The notes under the pieces: model-generated
What the model saw: the letters and a program-made list of their open reading frames with translations, nothing else
The model's database searches: none
What the model was told of the DNA's origin: nothing
Made by a program: the position numbers and the translations under genes
Shown here: positions 1 through 8,220 of the stretch, in pieces
Layout of the letters: each line of letters begins with the position of its first letter
How positions within the stretch are numbered: the stretch's first letter is position 1
DNA from: an uncultured Dehalococcoidia bacterium
Lineage (GTDB): Bacteria > Chloroflexota > Dehalococcoidia > Lucifugimonadales > UBA3495
NCBI GenBank assembly: GCA_958296385.1
Contig: OY282494.1
Location: forward strand, 3,222,956-3,286,955
Length of the DNA: 64,000 nt
Direction: 5' to 3'

Positions 1-222
1 ATCGAGAACAGCGGCCGCTCCCGTGGCGAACTGGTGCGCCTGGGATCCAAGCAGGGCCCGGAGCGGCCCGGCGATGACGAGCTGATTATGCGCTGCGCCA
101 ACGACCCCAACGACATCCTGATTATGCACGGCGGCGGCACCGGCGGACGCTACAGCGCCATCATTGACACCACCGGCTACCGCATCCGCACCCGCAAAAT
201 CGGCGCCGAACAACTGCTATGA
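1..222 (+). CDS. 3' end of a CDS that begins upstream of the window; product not recognised
   Basis: Frame 1 is open from nt 1 to TGA 220-222 (...GGGTGGRYSAIIDTTGYRIRTRKIGAEQLL*). It is on the same strand as the downstream cluster. Confidence 0.4.
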   Translation: MENSGRSRGELVRLGSKQGPERPGDDELIMRCANDPNDILIMHGGGTGGRYSAIIDTTGYRIRTRKIGAEQLL

Positions 223-404
223 CCGCCACAACCCGGAGCCGCCGCTATCGGATGCTGACGCCGCCTGGCTCAATCAAATGCTGCGCGCTGAGGGGTTACG
301 CAACACGCCCAATTGACGGTACAATCACGCCACAAGTTCTAACCCTAACGACACCAACAACCAACGACGACGACCCCGGCAACACTCATTAACGGAGGTT
401 CGCA

Positions 405-974
405 ATGACTACTGTTGAGTCGCGGATTCGGCTGGTCAACCCCAAAGGCACCGAACTGCCCACCACCGAGTTTCGCATGAACGACCGCTCCGGCGGGCTG
501 GCCGGCAAGCGCCTGGGCCTGATGGAGAACTCCAAGGCCAATTCCGACAAGCTGCTCCACGAGCTGGGCAGCATCCTCAACGCGCGGCACGGCTTCTCCG
601 AGGTGCGCTACTACGCCAAGCACCACGCCAGCCTGCCCGCCAGGCAGGACGTGGTTGACTCCATCCTGGGCGAGGTGGATTACCTCATCACCGGGGTTGG
701 GGATTGAGGGAGTTGCAGCTCGTGCAGTGTGCACGACGGCATCGACATGGAAAAGCGCGGCGTCCCCACCGCGGCCATCATCACCCACGTGTTCCTCAAC
801 ACCGCCCAGGCCATGACCCGCATGATGGGCGTGCCGGATTACCGCTACGTGGTAGCCCAGCACCCGCTGTCCAGCCTTACCGACGACGAAGTAAAGCAGC
901 GCGCCACCGAACTGGCCGACGAAGTTGAGGCCATCCTCACCGGCCAGGAAGCGCCGGTCGCCGCCGCCAACTAA
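405..974 (+). CDS. UGSC-motif selenoprotein candidate (in-frame UGA 705-707 read as Sec)
   Basis: Track ORFs 405-707 and 729-974 share a frame (324 nt apart) and are separated only by TGA plus 7 sense codons. The joined product reads ...ITGVGD-U-GSCSSCSVHDGIDMEKRGVPTAAII..., a U-G-S-C motif. A hairpin lies 12 nt after the TGA. Confidence 0.7.
720..736 (+). promoter_or_regulatory. SECIS-like hairpin downstream of UGA 705-707
   Basis: TCGTGCA (720-726) pairs perfectly with TGCACGA (730-736). The apical loop is GUG, or AGUGU if the top pair opens. The loop lies about 22 nt from the UGA. Confidence 0.5.
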
Positions 975-983
975 TCTTTCTGC

Positions 984-1373
984 ATGGCCACCCCACAGCC
1001 GGCGCCGGCTCGTCCGCCCCTGCATCCCAACATCAGGGCCGGGCTGGCCGGCGCGGCGCGCCTCGTCGTGGGCGCGGAGCATCTCGCCCCGCACACGCCC
1101 AAGTTCAGCACGCCGGCCCTGGTTATGCTGATGGAGCAGGCATCCTACGCGGCGGTCTATCCCCTGCTGGCCGACGGGCAAACCGTCGTCGGCTACGAAG
1201 TCAACGTCAAGCACCTGGCCCCGGCCGACGCCGGCAGCCACGTAACCGCCCAGTCCACCTTGACCGACGTATCCGGCAACAAACTGCGCTTTGCGGTAGA
1301 GGCCAGACTCGGCGAACTGCTGCTGGGAACCGCTGAACACAAAATGGCCATCGTGCCCCAAACGACGGCCTGA
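984..1373 (+). CDS. hotdog-fold thioesterase (FlK-like)
   Basis: 129 aa. ...STPALVMLMEQASYAAV...VGYEVNVKHLAPADAGSHVTAQSTLTDVSGNKLRFAVEA... matches the typical small hotdog thioesterase layout. Confidence 0.6.
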   Translation: MATPQPAPARPPLHPNIRAGLAGAARLVVGAEHLAPHTPKFSTPALVMLMEQASYAAVYPLLADGQTVVGYEVNVKHLAPADAGSHVTAQSTLTDVSGNKLRFAVEARLGELLLGTAEHKMAIVPQTTA

Positions 1374-1417
1374 TTGGCCCTAAATGACCGGCCGGAACGA
1401 CCGAAAGGAATCTTGTC

Positions 1418-1993
1418 ATGTCCTGGATTAGAGAAACCGATGCCGCTGTGCCGGCGGTTATCAAGTGTATGTCCATCAACCCCGGCCTGATGGCGGCGGT
1501 GCAAAATCTGAACGCCAGCGCCAGCTTTGGCTCGTCGGCCTTGACCCGCACCCAGGAGGAGGCCATCGCAACGGTGGTGTCCCTTACCAACCGCTGCCGG
1601 TATTGAGCGGTCGCTCACGGAGGGTTCCTCCGTCAACATTCCGGCGACCCGGAGTACGCCTCCCACATCATCCACGACTACCGGCAAGCCGACCTTGACC
1701 CGCAGACCCGCGCCATCCTGGATTACGCCGTCAAACTCACGCTGACGCCGGCGTTGATGCAGCAATCCGACATTGAGCAGCTGCGCGCCGTCGGCCTCAC
1801 CGACGAGCAGGCGCTGTCCACGGTAGCCATCACCTGTATGTTCAACTTTATGAACCGCCTGGCCGACGGCCTCGGAGTCGAAATACCGGCGGGCCGTCAG
1901 GATGTGATGGCCGCCTGGCTTTCCCCGGCGGCGCAGCAGTCCCGCAATTGGCTGCTTGACGCTGCCGAAACGCCGGTTCCCGCCGCCGACTAA
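1418..1993 (+). CDS. AhpD/carboxymuconolactone-decarboxylase-family peroxidase-related selenoprotein candidate (C-x-x-U)
   Basis: ORFs 1418-1606 and 1754-1993 are in the same frame and the region between them is open. TGA 1604-1606 sits where the family has the second Cys of CxxCxxxH; here the motif reads C-R-Y-U-A-V-A-H. N- and C-terminal parts (MSWI..., ...NFMNRLADGLGVE) look like the peroxidase-related CMD subgroup. Confidence 0.8.
1617..1633 (+). promoter_or_regulatory. SECIS-like hairpin downstream of UGA 1604-1606
   Basis: ACGGAGG (1617-1623) pairs with CCTCCGT (1627-1633) around loop GUU. It lies 10 nt after the UGA and has the same design as the hairpin at 720-736. Confidence 0.5.
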
Positions 1994-2033
1994 TCAACCA
2001 AAGGCGGGATCGACCAAACGCAGGGAGAATGTT

Positions 2034-2864
2034 ATGACCTTGATGCCCACCGGCCGCCCCCGTCTGGCCGGCAAAGTTGCCGTCATCACCGGCGCCGGTT
2101 CCAGCGGCCCCGGGCTTGGCACCGGCAAGGCCGCCTCCATCCTCTTTGCCCGCGAGGGCGCGCAAGTGCTGCTGGTTGACCGCAACGCCCAGGCCGCTGC
2201 GGAAACAGAGGCCGTCATCCGGGAGGAGGGCGGCACGGCATCGGTGCTGGCCGCCGACGTAACTCTGGCCTCCGACTGCGCCGCCATCGCCGACGCCGCC
2301 ATCGCCCGCTACGGCGGCCTGCATATCCTCTTTAACAACGTAGGCATCACCGGCCCCGGCGGCCCCACCGACGTTGAGGAAAGCGTGTGGGACAACGTGC
2401 TGGACGTCAATCTCAAAAGCATGATGCTCACCACCAAATACGCCGTGCCCAAAATGATTGACGCCGGCGGCGGCAGCATCATTAATATGTCGTCCATCGC
2501 CGGCGTCCGGGCCGGCAGCGGCGCGGCCAGCCTGCCCTATTCCGCCTCCAAAGCCGGCGTCATCGGAATGTCGGAAACAATGGCGGTGCACCTGGGCCGC
2601 GACAACGTGCGCGTGAACGTCATCGCCCCCGGCCACATCTACACCCCGATGGTTGGCGGCACGATGGAGCCGCAAACGCGCGAACGACGGCGCAAAGCCG
2701 GCCCGCTGGGCGTAGAGGGCAACGCCTGGGACATCGCCTACGCCGCCCTCTTTCTAGCCAGCGACGAATCCCGCTGGGTCTCCGGCATAGTCCTCCCCGT
2801 CGACGCCGGCCTCCTCGCCGCCACCCCCCTGGCAATGTACACCCGCATCCGCGAAGGGGAATAA
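2034..2864 (+). CDS. SDR-family oxidoreductase
   Basis: ATG 2034 is preceded by AGGGAG. Motifs seen: GKVAVITGAGSSGPGLG (TGxxxGxG), NNVG, and YSASKAG (YxxxK). Confidence 0.9.
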   Translation: MTLMPTGRPRLAGKVAVITGAGSSGPGLGTGKAASILFAREGAQVLLVDRNAQAAAETEAVIREEGGTASVLAADVTLASDCAAIADAAIARYGGLHILFNNVGITGPGGPTDVEESVWDNVLDVNLKSMMLTTKYAVPKMIDAGGGSIINMSSIAGVRAGSGAASLPYSASKAGVIGMSETMAVHLGRDNVRVNVIAPGHIYTPMVGGTMEPQTRERRRKAGPLGVEGNAWDIAYAALFLASDESRWVSGIVLPVDAGLLAATPLAMYTRIREGE

Positions 2865-3157
2865 ACGTGCGGCGCCCCAACGCTCAACGCCGGCGCCGCA
2901 TAACATAACGCAAGGCAGCATGGCCCCGACCCCGGTTCTTTCACAGCTGGTATGGTGGATCGTCGCCGGCGGCTTTTTCTTTAAGACGATGATTGAGGAA
3001 CTAGGCCGGAGTCGTGCCGTGATGACACCACCCCGTAGCGCAACACAGTCCAGCGATGCCATAATGGATTTGCCGTTGACCAGCGGCGGCACCGGCTGAC
3101 AGGATTCAAAACAGGCAATCAGCAGCAAAACACGATAGTTTCAGTGTGGAGGATGGA

Positions 3158-4081
3158 ATGACGAACCCAGCAGCAAACTCTTTCGGCGGTTCCTGGACGG
3201 TTGAAAAGCTGAACATACTCAGGGGGTACTTGGACGCTTACACCACTGCGCTGAAAAATAAGCGTTTCAAACTGATCTACGTTGACGCCTTTGCCGGCAC
3301 CGGAACCGTTGACCTGAACCCGGAGGGCGCAGCTGAAAGATGGAACCAATCGCTACTAAGCGAAGATGAGCAAGCGGCTATATTAGCCGCCAACGTCGTG
3401 CAAGGCTCAGCGCGTGTAGCTCTTGAGGTGGTCGACAAACCTTTCGACAGGCTCATATTTATTGAAAAGAACTGCACATTTGCCCAGGAACTACGCGAAT
3501 TGAGGAATGAATTTCCCTACCGCGACATCCAAATCGAAAACGGCGATGCAAACTTGTTTCTACAACGATGGTGCGAAAAGCAGAACCGCCAACTCGATAT
3601 TCCCTGGCAGAACCAGCGCGCGGTTGTATTCCTCGACCCATTTGCCACTGAGGTAAATTGGCAAACAATCGATGCTATCTCAGAAACCATGTCAGTGGAT
3701 TTGTGGATATTATTCCCTCTCTTAGCATTGAGCAGAATCTTACCGAATGCCCAAGAACCTGATGAATCCTACGCGCTAATTTTAGACCGGGTTTATGGTG
3801 GCCCGGAATGGCGCGATCTATACATGACCAGAATCGCCCAGCTGTCCTTACTGCCGGACGATTCGCCATACGTTGAAACGGTACGGGCGGATCAGCAGGC
3901 CATTGTTGAATTGTACCTGGACAAGCTGGACTCTAAATTTGCGAAAGTATCGTCTAAACCTAGATGGTTCCGCAATTCTCGGAATTCGCCGCTGTTCGCG
4001 ATGCTGTTCGCTGCCTCCAATCCGCTTGGAGCCGACCTTGCAGTGCGAATCGCAGACTACCTACTATTGGAGAAATGGTAA
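3158..4081 (+). CDS. tcmP: three-Cys-motif partner protein TcmP-like (methyltransferase-like DxFxGxG motif)
   Basis: GGAGG lies 5 nt before ATG 3158. N-terminus is ...GGSWTVEKLNILRGYLDAYTTALK...LIYVDAFAGTGTV. It sits directly upstream of a DUF5131 gene, and the region is AT-richer than its flanks. Confidence 0.75.
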   Translation: MTNPAANSFGGSWTVEKLNILRGYLDAYTTALKNKRFKLIYVDAFAGTGTVDLNPEGAAERWNQSLLSEDEQAAILAANVVQGSARVALEVVDKPFDRLIFIEKNCTFAQELRELRNEFPYRDIQIENGDANLFLQRWCEKQNRQLDIPWQNQRAVVFLDPFATEVNWQTIDAISETMSVDLWILFPLLALSRILPNAQEPDESYALILDRVYGGPEWRDLYMTRIAQLSLLPDDSPYVETVRADQQAIVELYLDKLDSKFAKVSSKPRWFRNSRNSPLFAMLFAASNPLGADLAVRIADYLLLEKW

Positions 4082-4084
4082 CCC

Positions 4085-4810
4085 ATGGCGCAAGGCACTA
4101 AAATCGAATGGACGGACGCAACTTGGAACCCGGTTACCGGATGCCACAAAATCAGCCCCGGATGCAAGAATTGCTACGCCGCTCGCCTGGCTCCGCGCCT
4201 ACAGGCAATGGGCAACCGGCGCTACGCCAACGGCTTTGAGGTCACCCTGCACCACGACCTCATCGACCTGCCCCGCAAATGGGCGAAACCGCGCCGGGTG
4301 TTTGTGAACTCAATGAGCGACCTCTTCCACACGGAGGTTCCATTGGGTTTCATCCAATCGGTGTTCGCCACCATCGAAATGACCGGGCGTCACGAGTTCC
4401 AACTGCTGACCAAACGCCCGGAGCGCGCGCTGGAAATAGCCGACCAAGTACCATGGCCCGCAAACCTGTGGATGGGAGTATCCGTCGAAAGCCCGGCCTA
4501 CCTCCACCGGGTCGACACGTTGCGCTCCATACCGGCGCAAACAAAGTTCCTGTCGCTGGAACCGCTGCTAGACGCCATACCCGACATTGACTTAACCGGA
4601 ATCGACTGGGTAATCGCCGGCGGCGAAGCCGGCCCCAAGTCCCGCAAGATAGAAGCTGACTGGGTGCGGAGCATCCGGGATCAATGCAGCAACGCCGGGG
4701 TAAAGTTCTTCTTCAAGCAATGGGGCGGCACCAACAAGAAACGCTCAGGACGAACCCTGGATGACCGGACATGGGACGACTTCCCTCAACATAAGTCCGC
4801 CATTCCATGA
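4085..4810 (+). CDS. DUF5131 / phage Gp37-Gp68 family protein with C-x6-C-x2-C motif
   Basis: MAQGTKIEWTDATWNPVTGCHKISPGCKNCYA... is the typical family N-terminus. Cys20/27/30 form the three-Cys motif. The start lies 3 nt after the tcmP stop. Confidence 0.8.
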   Translation: MAQGTKIEWTDATWNPVTGCHKISPGCKNCYAARLAPRLQAMGNRRYANGFEVTLHHDLIDLPRKWAKPRRVFVNSMSDLFHTEVPLGFIQSVFATIEMTGRHEFQLLTKRPERALEIADQVPWPANLWMGVSVESPAYLHRVDTLRSIPAQTKFLSLEPLLDAIPDIDLTGIDWVIAGGEAGPKSRKIEADWVRSIRDQCSNAGVKFFFKQWGGTNKKRSGRTLDDRTWDDFPQHKSAIP

Positions 4811-5340
4811 CAGAACTGATACATCGTCAAGGCCGGGAGGAAATACTGCGTAGCCGGGCCGCAATGCCCACGCAGCCCTTTGATATGAGCAACCCAAACC
4901 CAGCAATCACCCTAAAGCTTGCTGAAACCGCCGCCGACTTGGAGGGCGCCATCGCCGTGCGGATGCGCGTTTTTGTGGGGGAGCAGGGTATCCCCGCCGG
5001 CATTGAGGTGGATGATGCCGACACTGCGCCGGATACCGTCCACGCCGTTGCGCTGGCCGGCGGCGCCGTTATCGCTACCGGACGGCTGCTGCCCGACGTG
5101 GACGGCAAGGGGCCGCACGTCGGGCGCATGGCGGTGGAGCAGCGGTGGCGGCGCAGCGGCGTGGGCGGTCAGGTGCTGGAATTTCTGGAGAACCACGCCC
5201 GCGCGCTGGGATTCCGGCAAATCACCCTGCACGCCCAGGAATACGTCAAGGCGTTCTACGCCGCCCACGGCTACCGGGAAGTCGGCGCTATGTTCCTGGA
5301 AGCGGACATCCCCCATCGGGAGATGGTCAAAGAGTTATAA
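4807..5340 (+). CDS. GNAT-family N-acetyltransferase
   Basis: ...RMRVFVGEQGIP...GRMAVEQRWRRSGVGGQVLEFLENHA...AQEYVKAFYAAHGY is the acetyl-CoA binding core. ATG 4807 overlaps the upstream stop (ATGA). The true start may be an internal Met (4864 or 4885). Confidence 0.8.
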   Translation: MTELIHRQGREEILRSRAAMPTQPFDMSNPNPAITLKLAETAADLEGAIAVRMRVFVGEQGIPAGIEVDDADTAPDTVHAVALAGGAVIATGRLLPDVDGKGPHVGRMAVEQRWRRSGVGGQVLEFLENHARALGFRQITLHAQEYVKAFYAAHGYREVGAMFLEADIPHREMVKEL

Positions 5341-5345
5341 CCGGC

Positions 5346-5660
5346 TCACGCCACGCCGGCCGTAGTCTCCACGCCGTCCATCACCCGAACCTCCATCTTG
5401 GCGATGTGGCTGGTGGGCCGGTCGCCCAGCCCGGAACGCTCCGGCGAGGCAAAATACGCCGCCTCTTTGGTAGCGATGTCGTCCGCGCTGTCAAACCGGC
5501 GCACCCAGATAAACTCCGTCCGGTCCGCATTGACGTAGCTGGACACCACCGGAATACCCAGGCGGTCGTGCAGGGGCCGGATGTGCTCGTTGAACAGGCC
5601 CAGCCACGAGTCCATCATCCCCCGGTTGATAGTATAAATGCGCAGTTGATAAGCGGCCAT
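5346..5660 (-). CDS. NIPSNAP-family protein
   Basis: The protein begins MAAYQLRIYTINRGMMDSWLGLFNEHIRPL... from Met19 of the track ORF. It is small, with the dimeric alpha-beta barrel-like pattern. Confidence 0.65.
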   Translation of the reverse strand: MAAYQLRIYTINRGMMDSWLGLFNEHIRPLHDRLGIPVVSSYVNADRTEFIWVRRFDSADDIATKEAAYFASPERSGLGDRPTSHIAKMEVRVMDGVETTAGVA

Positions 5661-5720
5661 TTCGGTTCCTCCATGAGATACGGTTGACGCTTGATTCTGG
5701 ATATTCTGACCCAATTCCGT

Positions 5721-6806
5721 TCAGCTCACCTGGTATTGCGCGATGGCGTCCTGGCTGAATGACAGTCCCAGCCCCGGCCGGTCGGGCACCACCAGCTCGC
5801 CGTTCACGATGTCCGGCGTTTCGTCGAACAGCCGCAGCGACCAGGGCATATATTCCACCGTCAGCCCGTTGGGAATCGCCGCGATGGTATGCACCTGCAC
5901 CTCCGGTATCAGATGCGACACCACCGGCAGGTTGAAAGCCTCCGCCAGCCCCGCAATCTTGCGGAAAGGCGTAACCCCGCCGGCCCGCAGCAAGTCCACC
6001 ATCACGATGTCAATGCTGCGCTGCTCCAGCATATGGCGAAACGGGCGGATGCCGTACACGTACTCGCCGGCGGCGATGGGCGTCGTCAGCGCGTCGGCCA
6101 CGCGGGCCAGCCCCTGGTAGTCGTCCCGCGCCACCACGTCCTCCAGCCAGAACAGCTGATACTCCTCCACCATACTGCCAATCTGGATAGCCTGGTTCAC
6201 GTTCCACAGCTGGTTGATGTCGCACATCAGGTCAATGTCCGGCCCGATGCCCTCCCGCAGCGTGCGGATGCGGGCCACCTCGCGGGCGGCGGTCGGCTCG
6301 GCGCCCATCTGCGTTTTCATCTGCCGGAACCCCTGCTCCACCAGACGCGGCCCCGCCTCGGCCAGATACTCCACCCCCATCGGACGCATCAGCGCGCCGC
6401 TGGCGTAAGTCGGCGCCCGGTCCCGATAACCGCCCAGCAGCGAGCAAACCGTCTGGTCCAGCGCCTTGCCCTTGATGTCCCAAACCGCCATATCCACGGC
6501 GGCCAGCGCCAGCGACAGGATACCCTCCGGCCCCGCTGATGCGCAGGTGTCCATCAGCTTGCCCCACAGCGCCTCCGGATTCATCGGGTCCTCGCCGGCC
6601 GCCAGCGCCGCCAAATCATCCACCGCCCGCCGCAGCGAGTTATACAGCGGCCCGCCAAAAAAAGTCAGCCCCACGCCCTGAATACCCGCGTCGGTATTCA
6701 GCTCCAGCGTAACAAACTCCCGCACGCCAGGCTGCTCAATACCCACCACCAAAGGATTGTCGGCCGGCGTCTGCAAAACCCGCGTAGTAGCAGTAGTAAT
6801 TCGCAT
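5721..6806 (-). CDS. mandelate racemase/muconate lactonizing enzyme family (enolase superfamily)
   Basis: ATG 6806 (Met42 of the track ORF) is preceded by GGGAGC. ...MCDINQLW...FWLEDV...PIAAGE... are the metal ligand motifs. Confidence 0.85.
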   Translation of the reverse strand: MRITTATTRVLQTPADNPLVVGIEQPGVREFVTLELNTDAGIQGVGLTFFGGPLYNSLRRAVDDLAALAAGEDPMNPEALWGKLMDTCASAGPEGILSLALAAVDMAVWDIKGKALDQTVCSLLGGYRDRAPTYASGALMRPMGVEYLAEAGPRLVEQGFRQMKTQMGAEPTAAREVARIRTLREGIGPDIDLMCDINQLWNVNQAIQIGSMVEEYQLFWLEDVVARDDYQGLARVADALTTPIAAGEYVYGIRPFRHMLEQRSIDIVMVDLLRAGGVTPFRKIAGLAEAFNLPVVSHLIPEVQVHTIAAIPNGLTVEYMPWSLRLFDETPDIVNGELVVPDRPGLGLSFSQDAIAQYQVS

Positions 6807-7042
6807 AACAAAAACGCTCCCTGGATATGCTCCGGATCTGCTCCCCGATGTAACAACGCCCCGCAGATTAGCACGCACCGCCAGCAAGGGCAACACGCCC
6901 CCCGTCACGGCCCCGTCGCTAAATGTCAAATCCCCCCCGTTGTGCTACGATACCGCCCATCCGCAACATAACCTGTTGCCACGCCCGTCACAGTCATACC
7001 GGACATAACAACCCGGACGAAAGCAACCCGGAGGGAGCAATT

Positions 7043-8149
7043 ATGAAAGGACGCATTGTTGTCGTCAAAGAGTACGGCCAGCCCTTTGAGATTCAGGAGT
7101 ACGACGTGCCGGAACCCGAACCCGGCGCCGTTCTGCTCCGCATGACCCAGGCCGGCATCTGCGGCTCCGACCTGCACACCTGGCGCGGCGACCAGTCCCA
7201 GGAACACCTGCCCCTGCCCGACACCGGCCGCGTGATGGGCCACGAGGGAACCGGCGTCATCGAGTACCTCGGCGACGGCGTGGCCGCCGACTATTGGGGG
7301 GCGCCCGTTGCCGAGGGCGACCGTGTGGTTTATGCCGCCGTGTTCCCCTGCTACCGCTGCCATATGTGCCTGCGCGGCGCCACCAACTGGTGCGCCAACC
7401 GCCAGTACCCCGCCGCCGGCGTTTGGCCCTACTTCACCGGCACCTACGGCGATTTCCTCTACCTGCCGCCCCGGCATCCCTTCTTCCGCGTCCCCGACGA
7501 ACTGCCCGACAACCTGCTGGGCCCGGTCAACTGCGCCATGGGCACCGTAACCACCGGCCTGGAACGCGCCAACATGAGCCACGGCCAGTCGGTAGTCATC
7601 ATCGGCGCCGGCGGCCTCGGCCTCCACGCCACCGCCATGGCCAAAGCGCGCGGCGCCCACCGCGTCATCGTCCTCGACCGCCTGGAGAACCGCCTCGTCC
7701 TCGCCGAGGAATTCGGCGCCGACCACACCATCAACGTCGAGGAATTCAACACCCCCGAAACCCGCGTCCGCCGCGTCCGCGAACTCACCAACGGACGCGG
7801 CGCCGACGTCGTCATGGAACTCGTCGGCCGCGCCGACCTCCTCCGCGAGGGCATCGATATGCTGTCCAACGGCGGCACCTTCGTCGAAATCGGCGACATC
7901 GTGCGCGGCCAGGAAGTATCCATCGACCCCTCCAAACTACTCCAGGGCAAAAACATCGTCGGCAGCCTCATGTACCGCCCCGCCCTCCTCCCCGAACTCC
8001 TCGACTTCCTGGTACGCAACCAAGACCGCCTCCCCTTCAACAAACTAGTCTCCCACACCTTCCCCCTCGCCGAAGTCAACGAAGCCTTCGCCCAAGCCGA
8101 ATGGAGCCAACGCCAAACCGAAATAACCCGCGCCATGCTAGTCCCCTAG
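7043..8149 (+). CDS. zinc-dependent alcohol dehydrogenase family (MDR)
   Basis: GGAGGGAG lies upstream of ATG 7043. Motifs seen: GICGSDLH, GHEGTG, CYRCHMCLRG (structural Zn), and GAGGLG (Rossmann). Confidence 0.85.
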   Translation: MKGRIVVVKEYGQPFEIQEYDVPEPEPGAVLLRMTQAGICGSDLHTWRGDQSQEHLPLPDTGRVMGHEGTGVIEYLGDGVAADYWGAPVAEGDRVVYAAVFPCYRCHMCLRGATNWCANRQYPAAGVWPYFTGTYGDFLYLPPRHPFFRVPDELPDNLLGPVNCAMGTVTTGLERANMSHGQSVVIIGAGGLGLHATAMAKARGAHRVIVLDRLENRLVLAEEFGADHTINVEEFNTPETRVRRVRELTNGRGADVVMELVGRADLLREGIDMLSNGGTFVEIGDIVRGQEVSIDPSKLLQGKNIVGSLMYRPALLPELLDFLVRNQDRLPFNKLVSHTFPLAEVNEAFAQAEWSQRQTEITRAMLVP

Positions 8150-8172
8150 CCAGCGCAACACCGTATAATAAT

Positions 8173-8207
8173 CCGTCCGGCGCGAACAAACCCCCCACGC
8201 CGGACGG
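8173..8207 (+). terminator. stem-loop after the ADH gene
   Basis: CCGTCCGGCG (8173-8182) pairs with CGCCGGACGG (8198-8207) around a 15-nt loop. There is no U-tract. Confidence 0.35.
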
Positions 8208-8220
8208 ATGGAGAAAAGCA

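Noticed and set aside
705-707. TGA 705-707 (and TGA 1604-1606) as ordinary nonsense mutations making pseudogenes
   Set aside because: Both TGAs fall exactly on a Cys-type redox position. The downstream frames remain open and family-like for 89 and 129 codons. Each TGA is followed at 10-12 nt by a 7-bp hairpin with a GU apex. This still needs confirmation of Sec machinery elsewhere in the genome.
345-1361. 338-aa minus-strand ORF overlapping the selenoprotein and thioesterase genes
   Set aside because: It lies antisense to ORFs with clear family-like sequence. Its Gly/Ala/Arg/Val-rich low-complexity translation is typical of spurious ORFs in high-GC DNA.
3146-4810. Prophage, suggested by the Gp37/Gp68 family name
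   Set aside because: No capsid, tail, terminase, integrase or lysis genes are nearby. The AT-rich segment is only about 1.9 kb and holds just the two-gene cassette.
7294-8220. N-terminal 309 codons of the 602-aa track ORF 7294-9102
   Set aside because: The translation is Arg/Pro-rich and lies in an alternative frame of the well-supported ADH gene. The real gene starts at ATG 8221, after the ADH stop and hairpin.
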